Positions 7,150 to 17,124 of a DNA stretch of 37,437 nt are shown one piece after another. The number at the start of each line of letters is the position of its first letter. The stretch's first letter is position 1. Made by a program: the position numbers and the translations under genes. The notes beneath the pieces were generated by a model. The model did no database searches. It was given only the letters and a program-made list of their open reading frames with translations, and was not told the DNA's origin. This stretch comes from an uncultured Thermoproteales archaeon (GTDB lineage Archaea; Thermoproteota; Thermoprotei; Thermofilales; B9-G17). The stretch spans positions 1 through 37,437 of the forward strand of contig CAZKAY010000006.1 of assembly GCA_964550975.1 (NCBI GenBank), given 5' to 3'.

Positions 7150-7666
7150 CTCTAATTAGGTTCTCTCTAGATAAAATTGCTGCAGAAAGTTCATCTAACA
7201 TTTTTCTTATTTCATCCAATTTTTTCCTATATGCTTCAAAGTCTCTTTCATCTGCTAATGCTTTTAATTCTTTGCATTTTTGAAGCAGCATATTTACATT
7301 TTCAATTAAAGTATAATCAAATTTAATTAACGAATCTAGTTCGTTTTCGCGGATCTTTATCGCATCAAAAAATCCGGAATATCCATAGCTGGCATGATGT
7401 ATTTTTTCAGCAACTCTATCCATAATTGCAGCTATCCTATTTAGAGTATTGAATAATTCTGTTCTTTCAGCCTCTACCACCGAGATTAAAGATTCATCAA
7501 AATTATTTTTTGCTTCAGTCATAACTCTAAATAGATAGTCTCTAATAATCTTATCACTTTCTCTTCTTAATTCTTTTTCTTTATATCCTCTATATCCAGG
7601 GATAATTGTTTCAATTTTCTCTAGGAGGGCTAGCTGATCCTTAACTTTCTCATATATATGAGACAT
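7142..7666 (-). CDS. All-helical hypothetical protein, cotranscribed with the SPFH gene
   Basis: IPGYRGYKEKELRRESDKIIR...HASYGYSGFFDAIKI; amphipathic helices; overlaps the SPFH start; GGTG RBS. Confidence 0.8.
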   Translation of the reverse strand: MSHIYEKVKDQLALLEKIETIIPGYRGYKEKELRRESDKIIRDYLFRVMTEAKNNFDESLISVVEAERTELFNTLNRIAAIMDRVAEKIHHASYGYSGFFDAIKIRENELDSLIKFDYTLIENVNMLLQKCKELKALADERDFEAYRKKLDEIRKMLDELSAAILSRENLIRGV

Positions 7667-7726
7667 TCAATAAACACCACTTCAATTATATGTACTCTCT
7701 CTAATAAATATTTGCAAAATATTACA

Positions 7727-8326
7727 TCAACTTAAAGATACTGTATATTTACTACTAAATTTTCCAGGTTTTTTTATAACAATTATATTATCATAGTCTG
7801 TATTATATAGTTTCATTTTTATATTATGTAAACTTATTCCTTTCTTTTTAACTCTAGATTTCAGTATAAGGATAAGCTTATTTATCTCGCTCTTTAAAAC
7901 ATCTCCTCTACGAATCAACTTATCAATATTTTTGCGATATATATCGGTAATCTTAGTAGCTGTATACCATCGCAGAATATAAGAAATGTTTATAATAATG
8001 ACTGCAGGTATCAGAAAATAATAACTATTGATAAAATAATATTGATTAAATATTAAAAAAATATAAAATAGAAGTGGAAAAAATATTGATATCAAGAGTA
8101 ATATCTCAGAGATTTTCGTCATCAGATTCAGTCTTTTAAAACTGGGGTCACGTCTAGGTATTCCAGCAATATCGTTTAAAGCTTTCTTAATATTTTTCCA
8201 CCTTATATTAGATCTTAATTTCAGTTTTCGAACAATTTTTTCAAGTTTAGCAGGATCTTCTAATTTCCCAAGTCTACATTTATCTAAAGACTCTACTAAA
8301 AATATAATATCTTCTATATCACTCAT
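7727..8326 (-). CDS. Hypothetical basic membrane protein (2 TM)
   Basis: Central hydrophobic hairpin flanked by Lys/Arg-rich regions; overlaps the udg stop. Confidence 0.7.
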   Translation of the reverse strand: MSDIEDIIFLVESLDKCRLGKLEDPAKLEKIVRKLKLRSNIRWKNIKKALNDIAGIPRRDPSFKRLNLMTKISEILLLISIFFPLLFYIFLIFNQYYFINSYYFLIPAVIIINISYILRWYTATKITDIYRKNIDKLIRRGDVLKSEINKLILILKSRVKKKGISLHNIKMKLYNTDYDNIIVIKKPGKFSSKYTVSLS

Positions 8327-8951
8327 TTTTCCTACCTAAAAATTTATCTAAAGTAGATTGTTCACTGTCTCTATATATACTCTTTATTTTATTAAAATCT
8401 TTTAAAAGAATATTTTTTATCACCGGATTATATAATGCTGCGGCAGGATGATATGTTGGTATAAGTATTATGTTAATTTTGTTAAACAATTTTATTTTGA
8501 AAGTTCTTCCCCTTACCTTAGAAATACTGTCAATATTTCTACCTATTTTTGAGAAAATATAGCGAGTACTATGTCTTCCAAGTGTAACAATTATTTTAGG
8601 CCTAATAATTTTTATCTGTCTGTCTAGATAAGTACTACATATTTTTATTTCATCTGGTCTTGGGTCTCTATTTCCGGGAGGCCGACATTTAACGACATTA
8701 GTTATATATACGTCTTTTCTATCAAGCCCTATTGAATTAATTAGTTCTGTAAGGATTTTTCCGGCGGCGCCTACAAATGGACGTCCCTGTATGTCTTCAT
8801 TTTTACCCGGTGCTTCGCCAATAAATATTATGGTTGAATTAACGTCTCCCTCTCCCGGTACGGGATTAGTTCTAGATAAATATAGTCTACACTTGACACA
8901 TTTTTTTATTTCATTTTCAACTACTTTTAATTCATCCTCTTTACTATACAT
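8319..8951 (-). CDS. udg: Family-4 uracil-DNA glycosylase ([4Fe-4S])
   Basis: CVKCRL, GEAPGKNED..GRPFVG, NVVKCRPPGNRDP, TYHPAAALY; C-terminal PIP-box-like QSTLDKFL. Confidence 0.96.
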   Translation of the reverse strand: MYSKEDELKVVENEIKKCVKCRLYLSRTNPVPGEGDVNSTIIFIGEAPGKNEDIQGRPFVGAAGKILTELINSIGLDRKDVYITNVVKCRPPGNRDPRPDEIKICSTYLDRQIKIIRPKIIVTLGRHSTRYIFSKIGRNIDSISKVRGRTFKIKLFNKINIILIPTYHPAAALYNPVIKNILLKDFNKIKSIYRDSEQSTLDKFLGRKNE

Positions 8952-9020
8952 TTAAATCAAGATTCAAAATAGATTTAAAGTAATATTAATTTAACTTTTG
9001 AATAATATATAGGGATATGT

Positions 9021-9431
9021 ATGTCATATGTTTTCCATGGACGTGGTATAGTGGATGGAACAGCTGTAGGAAGAGTATTGATATCAGAGCAACCTATATC
9101 GTTTTATGGGGGTGTGGATCCTAATACAGGCGTGATCAGAGAGAGAAAACATCCGTTGCAAAACATATCTATAAAGGATAGAATTCTGTTTTTTCCTTAT
9201 GGTAAAGGAAGTACTGTGGGATCTTACATAATATTTTCCTTAGCTAAAAATAGTAGTGCTCCTAAAGCTATAATAAACATTGAGAGTGAACAGATAGTGA
9301 TAATAGGATGCATAATCGCAAACATTCCATTAATAGATAAGGTCGATAAAGTTTTTTTAAAGATGGTTGAAAATAACGATATCGTAAAAGTTGTTGTTAG
9401 AAATGGTATCGGGAAAATATTTTTACTCTAA
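9021..9431 (+). CDS. Aconitase X swivel-domain small subunit (DUF126), probable phosphomevalonate dehydratase small subunit
   Basis: [12 protein letters not shown]...HPL...GKGSTVGSY...APKAII. Confidence 0.9.
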   Translation: MSYVFHGRGIVDGTAVGRVLISEQPISFYGGVDPNTGVIRERKHPLQNISIKDRILFFPYGKGSTVGSYIIFSLAKNSSAPKAIINIESEQIVIIGCIIANIPLIDKVDKVFLKMVENNDIVKVVVRNGIGKIFLL

Positions 9432-10601
9432 AGCCATCCTTACTGCATTTTCTGTAGATACAACTTTTACGATATATCCTTCGGATGATAGATAGTATGC
9501 GGCTTTGGCTGAATCAACTATAACTTTCTTAATATTCATATTTATTAGAGGGGATACAACCATACATGTATCTCTATATATTTCTGCCCCTCTTTTCCTT
9601 AACTCTTCTAATAACTTTTTTTCCCGAAAATATATGAATCTAGGTATAAACATTATAAATCTCTTAGAAAATCTTTTATTTCCAACAATGTTTACTATTC
9701 TCCTTATTTCATCTACGAATAGATGCGGGCACCCAACCATAATTGCATCATAGTTTTCAGCTTCACTTGAAATTTCACTTTCGGCCTCTATTAAATCTTT
9801 ATTATCTGGAACTATTTTCTCTAATTTCTTAATACATTTTTTCCAAAGATGGGCTTCTGGAGAAATATTTTCGATAAGAGTTAATCCTATAGAGCTAGAA
9901 GTACCTATTGCTGCTAAAAACAGTCTTAAATCGTATTTGTCTTTAAACTTTATGTTAAAAATATAAGGTATATCTTTTTTAACAATTTTTCCTACTAAGT
10001 ATCCGATTAAGCCATATTTTTTGTTATCAATATTTCTTAAGTCTACGGCTATAGTAGGTTTTCTCAATTCATCTATCCTTAACCCAATTAACGGGGCTCT
10101 TCCAGAAATTGCTTCAAAAAGTGTTAAAGGACCTCCTTCTCTATTAGTTCGAGCGCCTATAACACTATTTGCATACAGTACTGCATTACTTTCACCCCAT
10201 GCGATTTGTTCACCATATTTTGGAGGATTTATAAAATATGGTACGCAGCTTAATGTAGGTACAGCCCCCATTTTCACTAGTAAATCTATAATTTTTTTCT
10301 GTTTTTTAAAAAAAATTTCGTCGAGACCCATTTCTTTCCACATTGCTAAATCCATTCCAGCTGGGTTAATAGAGGTGTAGCATGAAAATTTACCTCCATT
10401 TTCTGCCAGTTTTTCAATAAACTCTAAACCAGGATCTCCAATATTTTTATATGATATTCCAGAGATATGGACTTTTTTTATCTTTACAAGTTTTTCTGCA
10501 CCTAAAGTTTCTCCAATCTTTATAATAATATTAAGCGCCTTTTGTTTAATATATCCTGCTTCACCTGAAATTATCTTCTCCTCCTCTTTATCTAAAAACA
10601 T
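9423..10601 (-). CDS. Aconitase X catalytic large subunit (DUF521), probable phosphomevalonate dehydratase large subunit
   Basis: [63 protein letters not shown]; three cluster-ligand Cys present. Confidence 0.92.
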   Translation of the reverse strand: MFLDKEEEKIISGEAGYIKQKALNIIIKIGETLGAEKLVKIKKVHISGISYKNIGDPGLEFIEKLAENGGKFSCYTSINPAGMDLAMWKEMGLDEIFFKKQKKIIDLLVKMGAVPTLSCVPYFINPPKYGEQIAWGESNAVLYANSVIGARTNREGGPLTLFEAISGRAPLIGLRIDELRKPTIAVDLRNIDNKKYGLIGYLVGKIVKKDIPYIFNIKFKDKYDLRLFLAAIGTSSSIGLTLIENISPEAHLWKKCIKKLEKIVPDNKDLIEAESEISSEAENYDAIMVGCPHLFVDEIRRIVNIVGNKRFSKRFIMFIPRFIYFREKKLLEELRKRGAEIYRDTCMVVSPLINMNIKKVIVDSAKAAYYLSSEGYIVKVVSTENAVRMALE

Positions 10602-10683
10602 ATCTATTCACATCAATAATTATGTTATGTCTAGCCAATATATTTATATCCAATTTTATCCATATTTATCTTGGTGTATTTAA

Positions 10684-11655
10684 TTGTCGGTTAATGAAAA
10701 AAAGGTTAATGATTTCGATTTAGAGGATATAAGTGGCGTAGGTAGAATAACTGCAGAAAAACTTAGAAGAGAGGGATACTTTACGCTGAAGGATATAGCG
10801 TATTCATCCGTAAATGAGATAGCAGAAATAGTTGGGTCAACTGAAAAAGCTAGAAATATAATATATAGTGCTCAAAAACTTTTAGGAGGAGGTAAACTTT
10901 TCATAACAGCTAGAGAATACATGGATGAGAGAAAAAATCTACTTTACATAAGTACTGGATGCAGTAATTTAGATAATCTTTTAGAAGGCGGTGTAGAATC
11001 AAGGGCGATAACGGAATTTATTGGAGAATTTGGTGCAGGCAAAACTCAAATATGTCATCAATTGGCAATAATGGTTCAACTTCCACCTGAAAATGGAGGA
11101 CTAAATGCAAGAGCATTATATATTGATAGTGAGGGAACATTTAGACCCGAAAGGGTGGTTCAAATAGCTACATATAGAGGTGTAGATCCTGAGGAAGCAT
11201 TAGAAAACATAATATATGCTAGAGCATATAATAGTGATCATCAAATGTTTCTAGTAGATGAGGCTAAACCTTTAATTGAAGAGAAAAATATCAAGCTTAT
11301 AATTATAGATAGTCTCGTAACTCATTTTAGATCAGAATATCCTGGCAGAGAGTTTTTGGCGGCTAGGCAACAGAAGTTAAACAAACATATAAGTCAATTA
11401 ATCAGAATAGCTACAATATATAATATAGCAGTAGTTGTCACTAATCAAGTAGTTTCCAGCCCCGACGTATTCTTCGGAAATCCGTTAAAACCTGTAGGTG
11501 GAAATATTGTCGCACATGGATGTACATATAGAATATGGTTAAAAAAGGGTAAAGAAAATAAAAGAATTGCCAGAATTATTGATTCTCCTAAACATGCTGA
11601 AAGGGAGACGGTATTCGTGATAGAAGAGGGTGGGATCCTGGATCCGGAAAAATAA
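10684..11655 (+). CDS. radA: DNA repair and recombination protein RadA (canonical)
   Basis: HhH N-domain, FxxA motif [38 protein letters not shown]2 [14 protein letters not shown] start with GGTG RBS. Confidence 0.97.
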   Translation: MSVNEKKVNDFDLEDISGVGRITAEKLRREGYFTLKDIAYSSVNEIAEIVGSTEKARNIIYSAQKLLGGGKLFITAREYMDERKNLLYISTGCSNLDNLLEGGVESRAITEFIGEFGAGKTQICHQLAIMVQLPPENGGLNARALYIDSEGTFRPERVVQIATYRGVDPEEALENIIYARAYNSDHQMFLVDEAKPLIEEKNIKLIIIDSLVTHFRSEYPGREFLAARQQKLNKHISQLIRIATIYNIAVVVTNQVVSSPDVFFGNPLKPVGGNIVAHGCTYRIWLKKGKENKRIARIIDSPKHAERETVFVIEEGGILDPEK

Positions 11656-11786
11656 CCAATCTAAGTCAGTAATTATTCTGTATTCCCATAAATTTTTATA
11701 ACTATTTACTCTAAGTAGAAGGAAAAAATAAAAGTAAACGTGTATCTTAATTAATAAGATTTTATCTATATCATATAAGTGAGAAA

Positions 11787-12530
11787 ATGGATTTTCCCAG
11801 AGAGGTTGTTATTAGAAAAAGCATACATCTACTTTTCACATTGACACTTTTAATCCCATTTACACCAATTTTTAATCTTTTTTTATCTAATGCTATATCG
11901 ATTCTACAGTATTACCTAATTATGGCTGTAGCATCATCCATATTAAACGCTGTAAAAGTTAAGAATCCAATCATCGGAAGTGAAATACTTCATAGAATAA
12001 AAAGTTTTAGGAAAAAGATGCTTAATGATCTATATAATATTAAAATGATGAAACCAAGTCCGTGGAGTACGTCTATTATCGAGAAGTTGGAGCTTATGGG
12101 GAATTTTATAGAAAAATTTGAGGAGGGGATAAATAATCAATTAAACATGGTTGAGAGGAGATATGAGAGAATAGGTGGATACATAGGTATTTCTGCAGGG
12201 ATAATAGGAGTATTATTTTCATATATATTTTTTAAAAAATATGTGATTTATGGAATATACGCTTTAATTGTGGTTGATCCAGTTGGGGCTATAGTTGGAA
12301 AAATGTTCGGTAAAAGGAGAATAAAGTGGAGTAATGCTAGTTTAGAGGGAAGTACATCCGAGTTTCTCGCATACGCTTTCTTACTATATCTACTTGGATT
12401 TAAACCGCATATAGCTATATTATCTTCTCTTATAACTACTTTAGCTGAAATATATGGAATAGAAGATAACTTATTTATACCTATAGCGGCCTCCGGATCC
12501 TTATATTTTCTCTTATCAACCGAAATTTAA
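11787..12530 (+). CDS. Dolichol/phytol-kinase-like integral membrane protein (CTP-dependent, SEC59 superfamily)
   Basis: EVVIRKSIHL, DPVGAIVGKMFGKRR, SLEGS, AE...EDNLFIP. Confidence 0.8.
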   Translation: MDFPREVVIRKSIHLLFTLTLLIPFTPIFNLFLSNAISILQYYLIMAVASSILNAVKVKNPIIGSEILHRIKSFRKKMLNDLYNIKMMKPSPWSTSIIEKLELMGNFIEKFEEGINNQLNMVERRYERIGGYIGISAGIIGVLFSYIFFKKYVIYGIYALIVVDPVGAIVGKMFGKRRIKWSNASLEGSTSEFLAYAFLLYLLGFKPHIAILSSLITTLAEIYGIEDNLFIPIAASGSLYFLLSTEI

Positions 12531-12588
12531 ATCCTACTTCAAATTAAGCTTTTATATTATATAGGAGTATAAATTTGATGTGAACTAG

Positions 12589-13260
12589 ATGAAAAGCTTA
12601 ATAATAATTTTACTTAATTCACTAATAGCTTACTTATCTTACTATATTCTATGGCCCACAAAGCCGTCTACATTCAAGATAGAAGATATTTTTCTCTGGT
12701 ATCTTCCATTAATAATAATAACATTTATCACAACATCTATAACGATAGGAGGTTTAGTTAGATTTATAAAAAACGAGGAATATGGATTAGAAGAGGGGGT
12801 TATCGGAAGTTTATATAAGGGAGTATTAAATACCCCCAGCATTATGCTCGCTGGATTTTTTGGAGGCATATTTTCTTCAACAGTGTTTCTAGCACCAATA
12901 TATTCTCTTACAATGGCGTCAATAATGATTTCAGAATATAAGGGATTCGATGCATTAAGTGAAGCTATAAAACAGTTTCTTAAAAAGAAGAAATACTTTA
13001 CAATAGGTGTTCCCGACACATTTCTAGCTACAATTTTATTAATATTGTTCTTATTAGTATCTCCATTATTACTCGAATATCTAGAGGCAAAGACATGTAT
13101 AGGGATAGGAGTCATCTTATATTGGATTATGATTTCAAGGGCAACTATTAGAATAAGTAGAGAATATATTTATTACGGATTAAAAATATGCATCTACTGC
13201 GAAAACGAAGTACCTATAGAAGCAGCATACTGTAATAACTGTGGACACAAACTAAAATAA
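12589..13260 (+). CDS. Membrane protein with C-terminal zinc ribbon
   Basis: Multiple hydrophobic segments; CIYCENEVPIEAAYCNNCG. Confidence 0.75.
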   Translation: MKSLIIILLNSLIAYLSYYILWPTKPSTFKIEDIFLWYLPLIIITFITTSITIGGLVRFIKNEEYGLEEGVIGSLYKGVLNTPSIMLAGFFGGIFSSTVFLAPIYSLTMASIMISEYKGFDALSEAIKQFLKKKKYFTIGVPDTFLATILLILFLLVSPLLLEYLEAKTCIGIGVILYWIMISRATIRISREYIYYGLKICIYCENEVPIEAAYCNNCGHKLK

Positions 13261-13272
13261 TTAACTAGATAC

Positions 13273-13944
13273 TTAATCCAATCCCTTAAACATTGTATCT
13301 AATATTTCTATTATCTTTCTAATTCTCTTATCACCTATACCCTTAACTTTTTTCATTTCATATGAGGAGGCTTTAAAAAACTTTCTGGGAGAGCCAAAGT
13401 ATTTAAGTATTCTTATAGCCATTTCTCTACTTATGCCAGGTATAGATGATATTAGATTTACTTGGGCGTCCCAAATACTTCTTCCACCTTTCCTATGCCC
13501 AATTTTTGTTGGTGAAATCCATTCTCTTTTCTCTTTATCCGTATTTATCTTCTTTATAAGTGAATATAAGAAATAGGCTGTTTCTTCTTCATTTCTTACA
13601 AATACTATATTTACGCCCATTAATAGTAATGTTGAGAAAAGACCTAGTATTTGATGGGGCCTAATCTTTCTATATTTATATATATTACTTAGATTACCTT
13701 CAACTATTATTAGCGGTCTTGTAGAATATTTTAACATATTTCTAACTTGTTCGAATAACCTTTTATCTATAAGCGAGTTAACTAGATCGTCGATCCTCTT
13801 CCTCTCGACAACTATATCTTTAGAAATAATATAGTCTCCTATTTCCATTCTATTTATTAATACCTTTATGCCCATTTTCCTTAAATAATCTAACACTTTA
13901 CTCTTCTTCTCTCTATCATCTACTAAAACAATATATTCGTTCAA
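13273..13944 (-). CDS. xpf: Short crenarchaeal-type XPF (ERCC4 nuclease + HhH2) structure-specific endonuclease
   Basis: VDDRE, GDYII, VVERKRIDDL, RLFEQ, IIVEG; two HhH motifs (IPGIS, VKGIG); no helicase domain. Confidence 0.93.
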   Translation of the reverse strand: MNEYIVLVDDREKKSKVLDYLRKMGIKVLINRMEIGDYIISKDIVVERKRIDDLVNSLIDKRLFEQVRNMLKYSTRPLIIVEGNLSNIYKYRKIRPHQILGLFSTLLLMGVNIVFVRNEEETAYFLYSLIKKINTDKEKREWISPTKIGHRKGGRSIWDAQVNLISSIPGISREMAIRILKYFGSPRKFFKASSYEMKKVKGIGDKRIRKIIEILDTMFKGLD

Positions 13945-14073
13945 ATATTAACACCAATTAATATCATAGTTATATTAATTTGATATAAACATAATATATA
14001 TTAGAACTTATCTAAGATAACATAGATAAGAATATGGCTTTCAATGTGGCTGAAATATATGTTTTTAAAATAT

Positions 14074-14412
14074 ATGGTTAACGACATATACTATAACGGA
14101 TTTGAAGATCAGATATGGAAGTTTGGTGGGAATCTAGCTGTAGGATTTATACTTGGGTTTCTAATAGGGTATGCTCTTAAAAAATTTTTAAAAATAGTTG
14201 CAGTTTTTCTAGGCCTTCTCCTTCTCCTATTGCTTTTTCTAAGTTATAAAGGATTAATAATATTTAATACCGAGGCATTCTACAATGTTTTCAAAGATTT
14301 TCTCGGATGGTTTCAGGTCGAGGGCAGTAGTTTTATAAACTTCATTCTAACACAATTTTCTTTTGCCGTCGGATTTACTGGAGGATTTTTCATAGGATTT
14401 AAAAAAGGTTAA
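14074..14412 (+). CDS. FUN14 family membrane protein
   Basis: GFILGFLIGYALKKFLKI...GFTGGFFIGFKKG. The start is more likely 14074 than 14044. Confidence 0.85.
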   Translation: MVNDIYYNGFEDQIWKFGGNLAVGFILGFLIGYALKKFLKIVAVFLGLLLLLLLFLSYKGLIIFNTEAFYNVFKDFLGWFQVEGSSFINFILTQFSFAVGFTGGFFIGFKKG

Positions 14413-14455
14413 AGTTCCTATTTAATACCTTAGTAAAATAAATATGTGAAATACT

Positions 14456-16324
14456 ATGAGATATTTTAATGAAAAAATCAGTGCAAAAATCTATTGGAGT
14501 TTAAATAAAAATATACCAGTATTTGTAGAAAATTTTAAGGATGAACCTACAATATTGGTTAAAGCAACTCCTCCAAGAGATATGCGTCCCGCATTGAGTT
14601 ATGAAAGAAAATTATTGAAGAAAATATTAGACAAATATTTTAAAGAAAACTATATTGATATAATATCTCCATACAGCGGAATAATTCTGCTGAATAAAAT
14701 TTCATACGTGGATGCGGCTGACGAAATAATAGTTGGAGGACAGATTATAGGACATATGTTTTTTGATATATATAGATTTGAATGGAGATTCAAGCCAATA
14801 TACGTTGGAGTAAATAGAATGATAAAATATGAAAAGGGATATTATGCACTTGTTAATTTAAATAAAATTACTAGGAGATATGTTATACATAGAGGAGATA
14901 TAAAGAAATGTAATTTGCCAGAGGAGAGAGGAGAGTTTATCGCAGTATCTACTAAAAATGGACTTTACCATGGAGTCGGAAAACTTATTAAAAATAATAG
15001 AATATATATACTCAAATCTTGGAGAAAAATAAGAGATTATGAATTAGATATTTCCAATAGCATATATAGAGCGATAAGAGAGAATGAGGAGTGGCTTACT
15101 TCACGGGAAGAAGAAGCAATAAACTTTCTAAAAAATATAGTTATTAAGAAAAATATTAGAGAAAAATTTTTATCATTTTCTGGTGGAAAGGATAGTCTAG
15201 CTGCATTAGTAATATCCTTAAAAGCATTTAATTCGATTCCAATTCTATTTAATGATACTGGTTTAGAGCTTCCGGAGGTAAGAAAATACGTTAAAAATAT
15301 CGCGGAGAAATATGAATTACATCTAATAGAGGCTAATGCTGGTGAAGATTTCTTTAAATATGTTAGGATATATGGGCCTCCGGCAAGAGATTATAGATGG
15401 TGTTGTAAGGTCATTAAACTGGCTCCAATAGTTAGAGCTATTAGAAAGCATTTTTCATCCAAACCTATATTTAGTATAGTTGGTCAGAGAAGATATGAAT
15501 CTCTATCTAGAGCATTCTCTCCAAGAATCTGGACAAATAGATGGATGCCTGGAGTAATTGTAGTTGCACCTATACTGGATTGGAGTTGCTTGGAGACATG
15601 GTTATATATTTTAAGGGAGAGAGTTGAAGTAAATCCATTATATTTTAGAGGTTTTGATAGACTTGGTTGCTGGCTTTGTCCAGCATGTGAAATCGCTGAA
15701 TTTATGAGGGTGAAAGAGCTTTATGAACAAAATTGGAGTGAATGGAATGAGTTTCTAGAGAACTGGAGGGTAAAACTAGATTTACCAAAACAATATACAA
15801 GAAATTTTTTATGGCGTTGGAAGAAGATTATGGGAGACCAGAGACAAATAGTCGGCGAAGAAGTTGCACGGAAAATTGAGGAGAGGACGCCTAAAATAGT
15901 GGTGAAGATAAAGAGATATAAGGATAAATTTATAGCAAATTTTAATCCACTATATATACCATATAAAAATAATATTGAGGCATTTTCAAATATTTTAAAT
16001 ATTTTAGGACAAGTTAAGATAGATGGAGATAAAATATTTGTTTCAAAAAATAGTGAAAATTTAATAATAAAAAATAGATACATAACTATTATAGATAGGA
16101 TCAATGAAAGAAATATTGATAAAGATCTGAAAAATATAATAAAGATCTATTTGAGAGCTAATTTCTGTAACAAATGTATGTTATGTATAGCCTTATGTCC
16201 GGAAAAAGCTATATACATGGGAAATGATGGAATAAGGATAAATGTTAATAGATGTAAAAAATGTCTTGAATGTAACAATGTATGTCCAGTTGCAAACTAT
16301 ATCAAAATAGAGTTAACATATTAA
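14456..16324 (+). CDS. PAPS-reductase-family protein with PUA-like domain and C-terminal 2x[4Fe-4S] ferredoxin domain
   Basis: SFSGGKDS, DTGLELPE, RWCCKVIK, GQRRYES, RLGCWLCP; CxxCxxCxxxCP twice at the C-terminus. Confidence 0.88.
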   Translation: MRYFNEKISAKIYWSLNKNIPVFVENFKDEPTILVKATPPRDMRPALSYERKLLKKILDKYFKENYIDIISPYSGIILLNKISYVDAADEIIVGGQIIGHMFFDIYRFEWRFKPIYVGVNRMIKYEKGYYALVNLNKITRRYVIHRGDIKKCNLPEERGEFIAVSTKNGLYHGVGKLIKNNRIYILKSWRKIRDYELDISNSIYRAIRENEEWLTSREEEAINFLKNIVIKKNIREKFLSFSGGKDSLAALVISLKAFNSIPILFNDTGLELPEVRKYVKNIAEKYELHLIEANAGEDFFKYVRIYGPPARDYRWCCKVIKLAPIVRAIRKHFSSKPIFSIVGQRRYESLSRAFSPRIWTNRWMPGVIVVAPILDWSCLETWLYILRERVEVNPLYFRGFDRLGCWLCPACEIAEFMRVKELYEQNWSEWNEFLENWRVKLDLPKQYTRNFLWRWKKIMGDQRQIVGEEVARKIEERTPKIVVKIKRYKDKFIANFNPLYIPYKNNIEAFSNILNILGQVKIDGDKIFVSKNSENLIIKNRYITIIDRINERNIDKDLKNIIKIYLRANFCNKCMLCIALCPEKAIYMGNDGIRINVNRCKKCLECNNVCPVANYIKIELTY

Positions 16325-16326
16325 TT

Positions 16327-16611
16327 TTAAGCTTTATTGGATAAACATATTTTACATATTATAGATGCGTTTTCCTTTATAGAACAGACGTCACATATTA
16401 AGCGTCCACAGTTTCGACATACACCTATTGATAAATACTTTCTGCATATTTCACATAGGGTATTTTTACACGCCTCGCATATTCTTTCTCCAAAATAATA
16501 TTCATTAGCGCATACTAATCTACCACATATCCTACATCTATATAGTTCATCTACGTCTTCATAGCATATTTCACATATCAAACATTTATCACCATATCTT
16601 GCTGATCTCAT
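16327..16611 (-). CDS. Small Cys-rich zinc-binding protein with internal duplication
   Basis: 16 Cys in 94 aa; two units of CEIC-x8/9-CRxCGRLhC...ICxxC. Confidence 0.8.
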   Translation of the reverse strand: MRSARYGDKCLICEICYEDVDELYRCRICGRLVCANEYYFGERICEACKNTLCEICRKYLSIGVCRNCGRLICDVCSIKENASIICKICLSNKA

Positions 16612-16743
16612 TATCTTATTGTTAATGAGATGAAATAAAATTTTTGAAGTTACTTTCTAAAATCAGGTTGTCTTGGTTTAAATATTTGAGTTAAATTTAT
16701 TTTTTTGTTTTACATTTATCCAACACACATTAGGTGATATTTT

Positions 16744-17124
16744 TTGTCTCATAGACCGGATGCTAAAGATAGACGTATATTATACTTACTATCTTTTTTT
16801 AAGAATGGTATAAATGAAATGCTCCTATTCAGATTTATTAAATCGTTAACATTAGAAGGTGTTCAGTTCGGATGCACTATGTCTAATGAAGCATGGTATT
16901 CAATTGAACTTCAAAAAAGATTGGATAGATTAGTTGAGAGAGGATATATAAATAAATTTGTGACAGTAGGTAGATTATATACTCATCTCTATATAACAGT
17001 ATATCGGATAACTGAGCGAGGCCTAAAATATATTGAGAAAAATCCTATACCAGAAGTTGAGAGAAAGAAGGTTAAAAATTTTGTAGAAAAGGTTCTTGAA
17101 AAAATTTATAGTAAAAGTGGATGA
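16744..17124 (+). CDS. Winged-helix protein (YwgA/SocA-like pattern)
   Basis: WYSIELQKRLDRLVERGYI...YRITERG; GGTGA RBS before the TTG start. Confidence 0.7.
   Translation: MSHRPDAKDRRILYLLSFFKNGINEMLLFRFIKSLTLEGVQFGCTMSNEAWYSIELQKRLDRLVERGYINKFVTVGRLYTHLYITVYRITERGLKYIEKNPIPEVERKKVKNFVEKVLEKIYSKSG

Noticed and set aside
9505-10380. Two plus-strand ORFs (82 and 119 aa)
   Set aside because: Antisense shadows of the AcnX large subunit.
12642-16104. Minus-strand ORFs 12642-13115 and 15721-16104
   Set aside because: Antisense shadows of well-supported genes.
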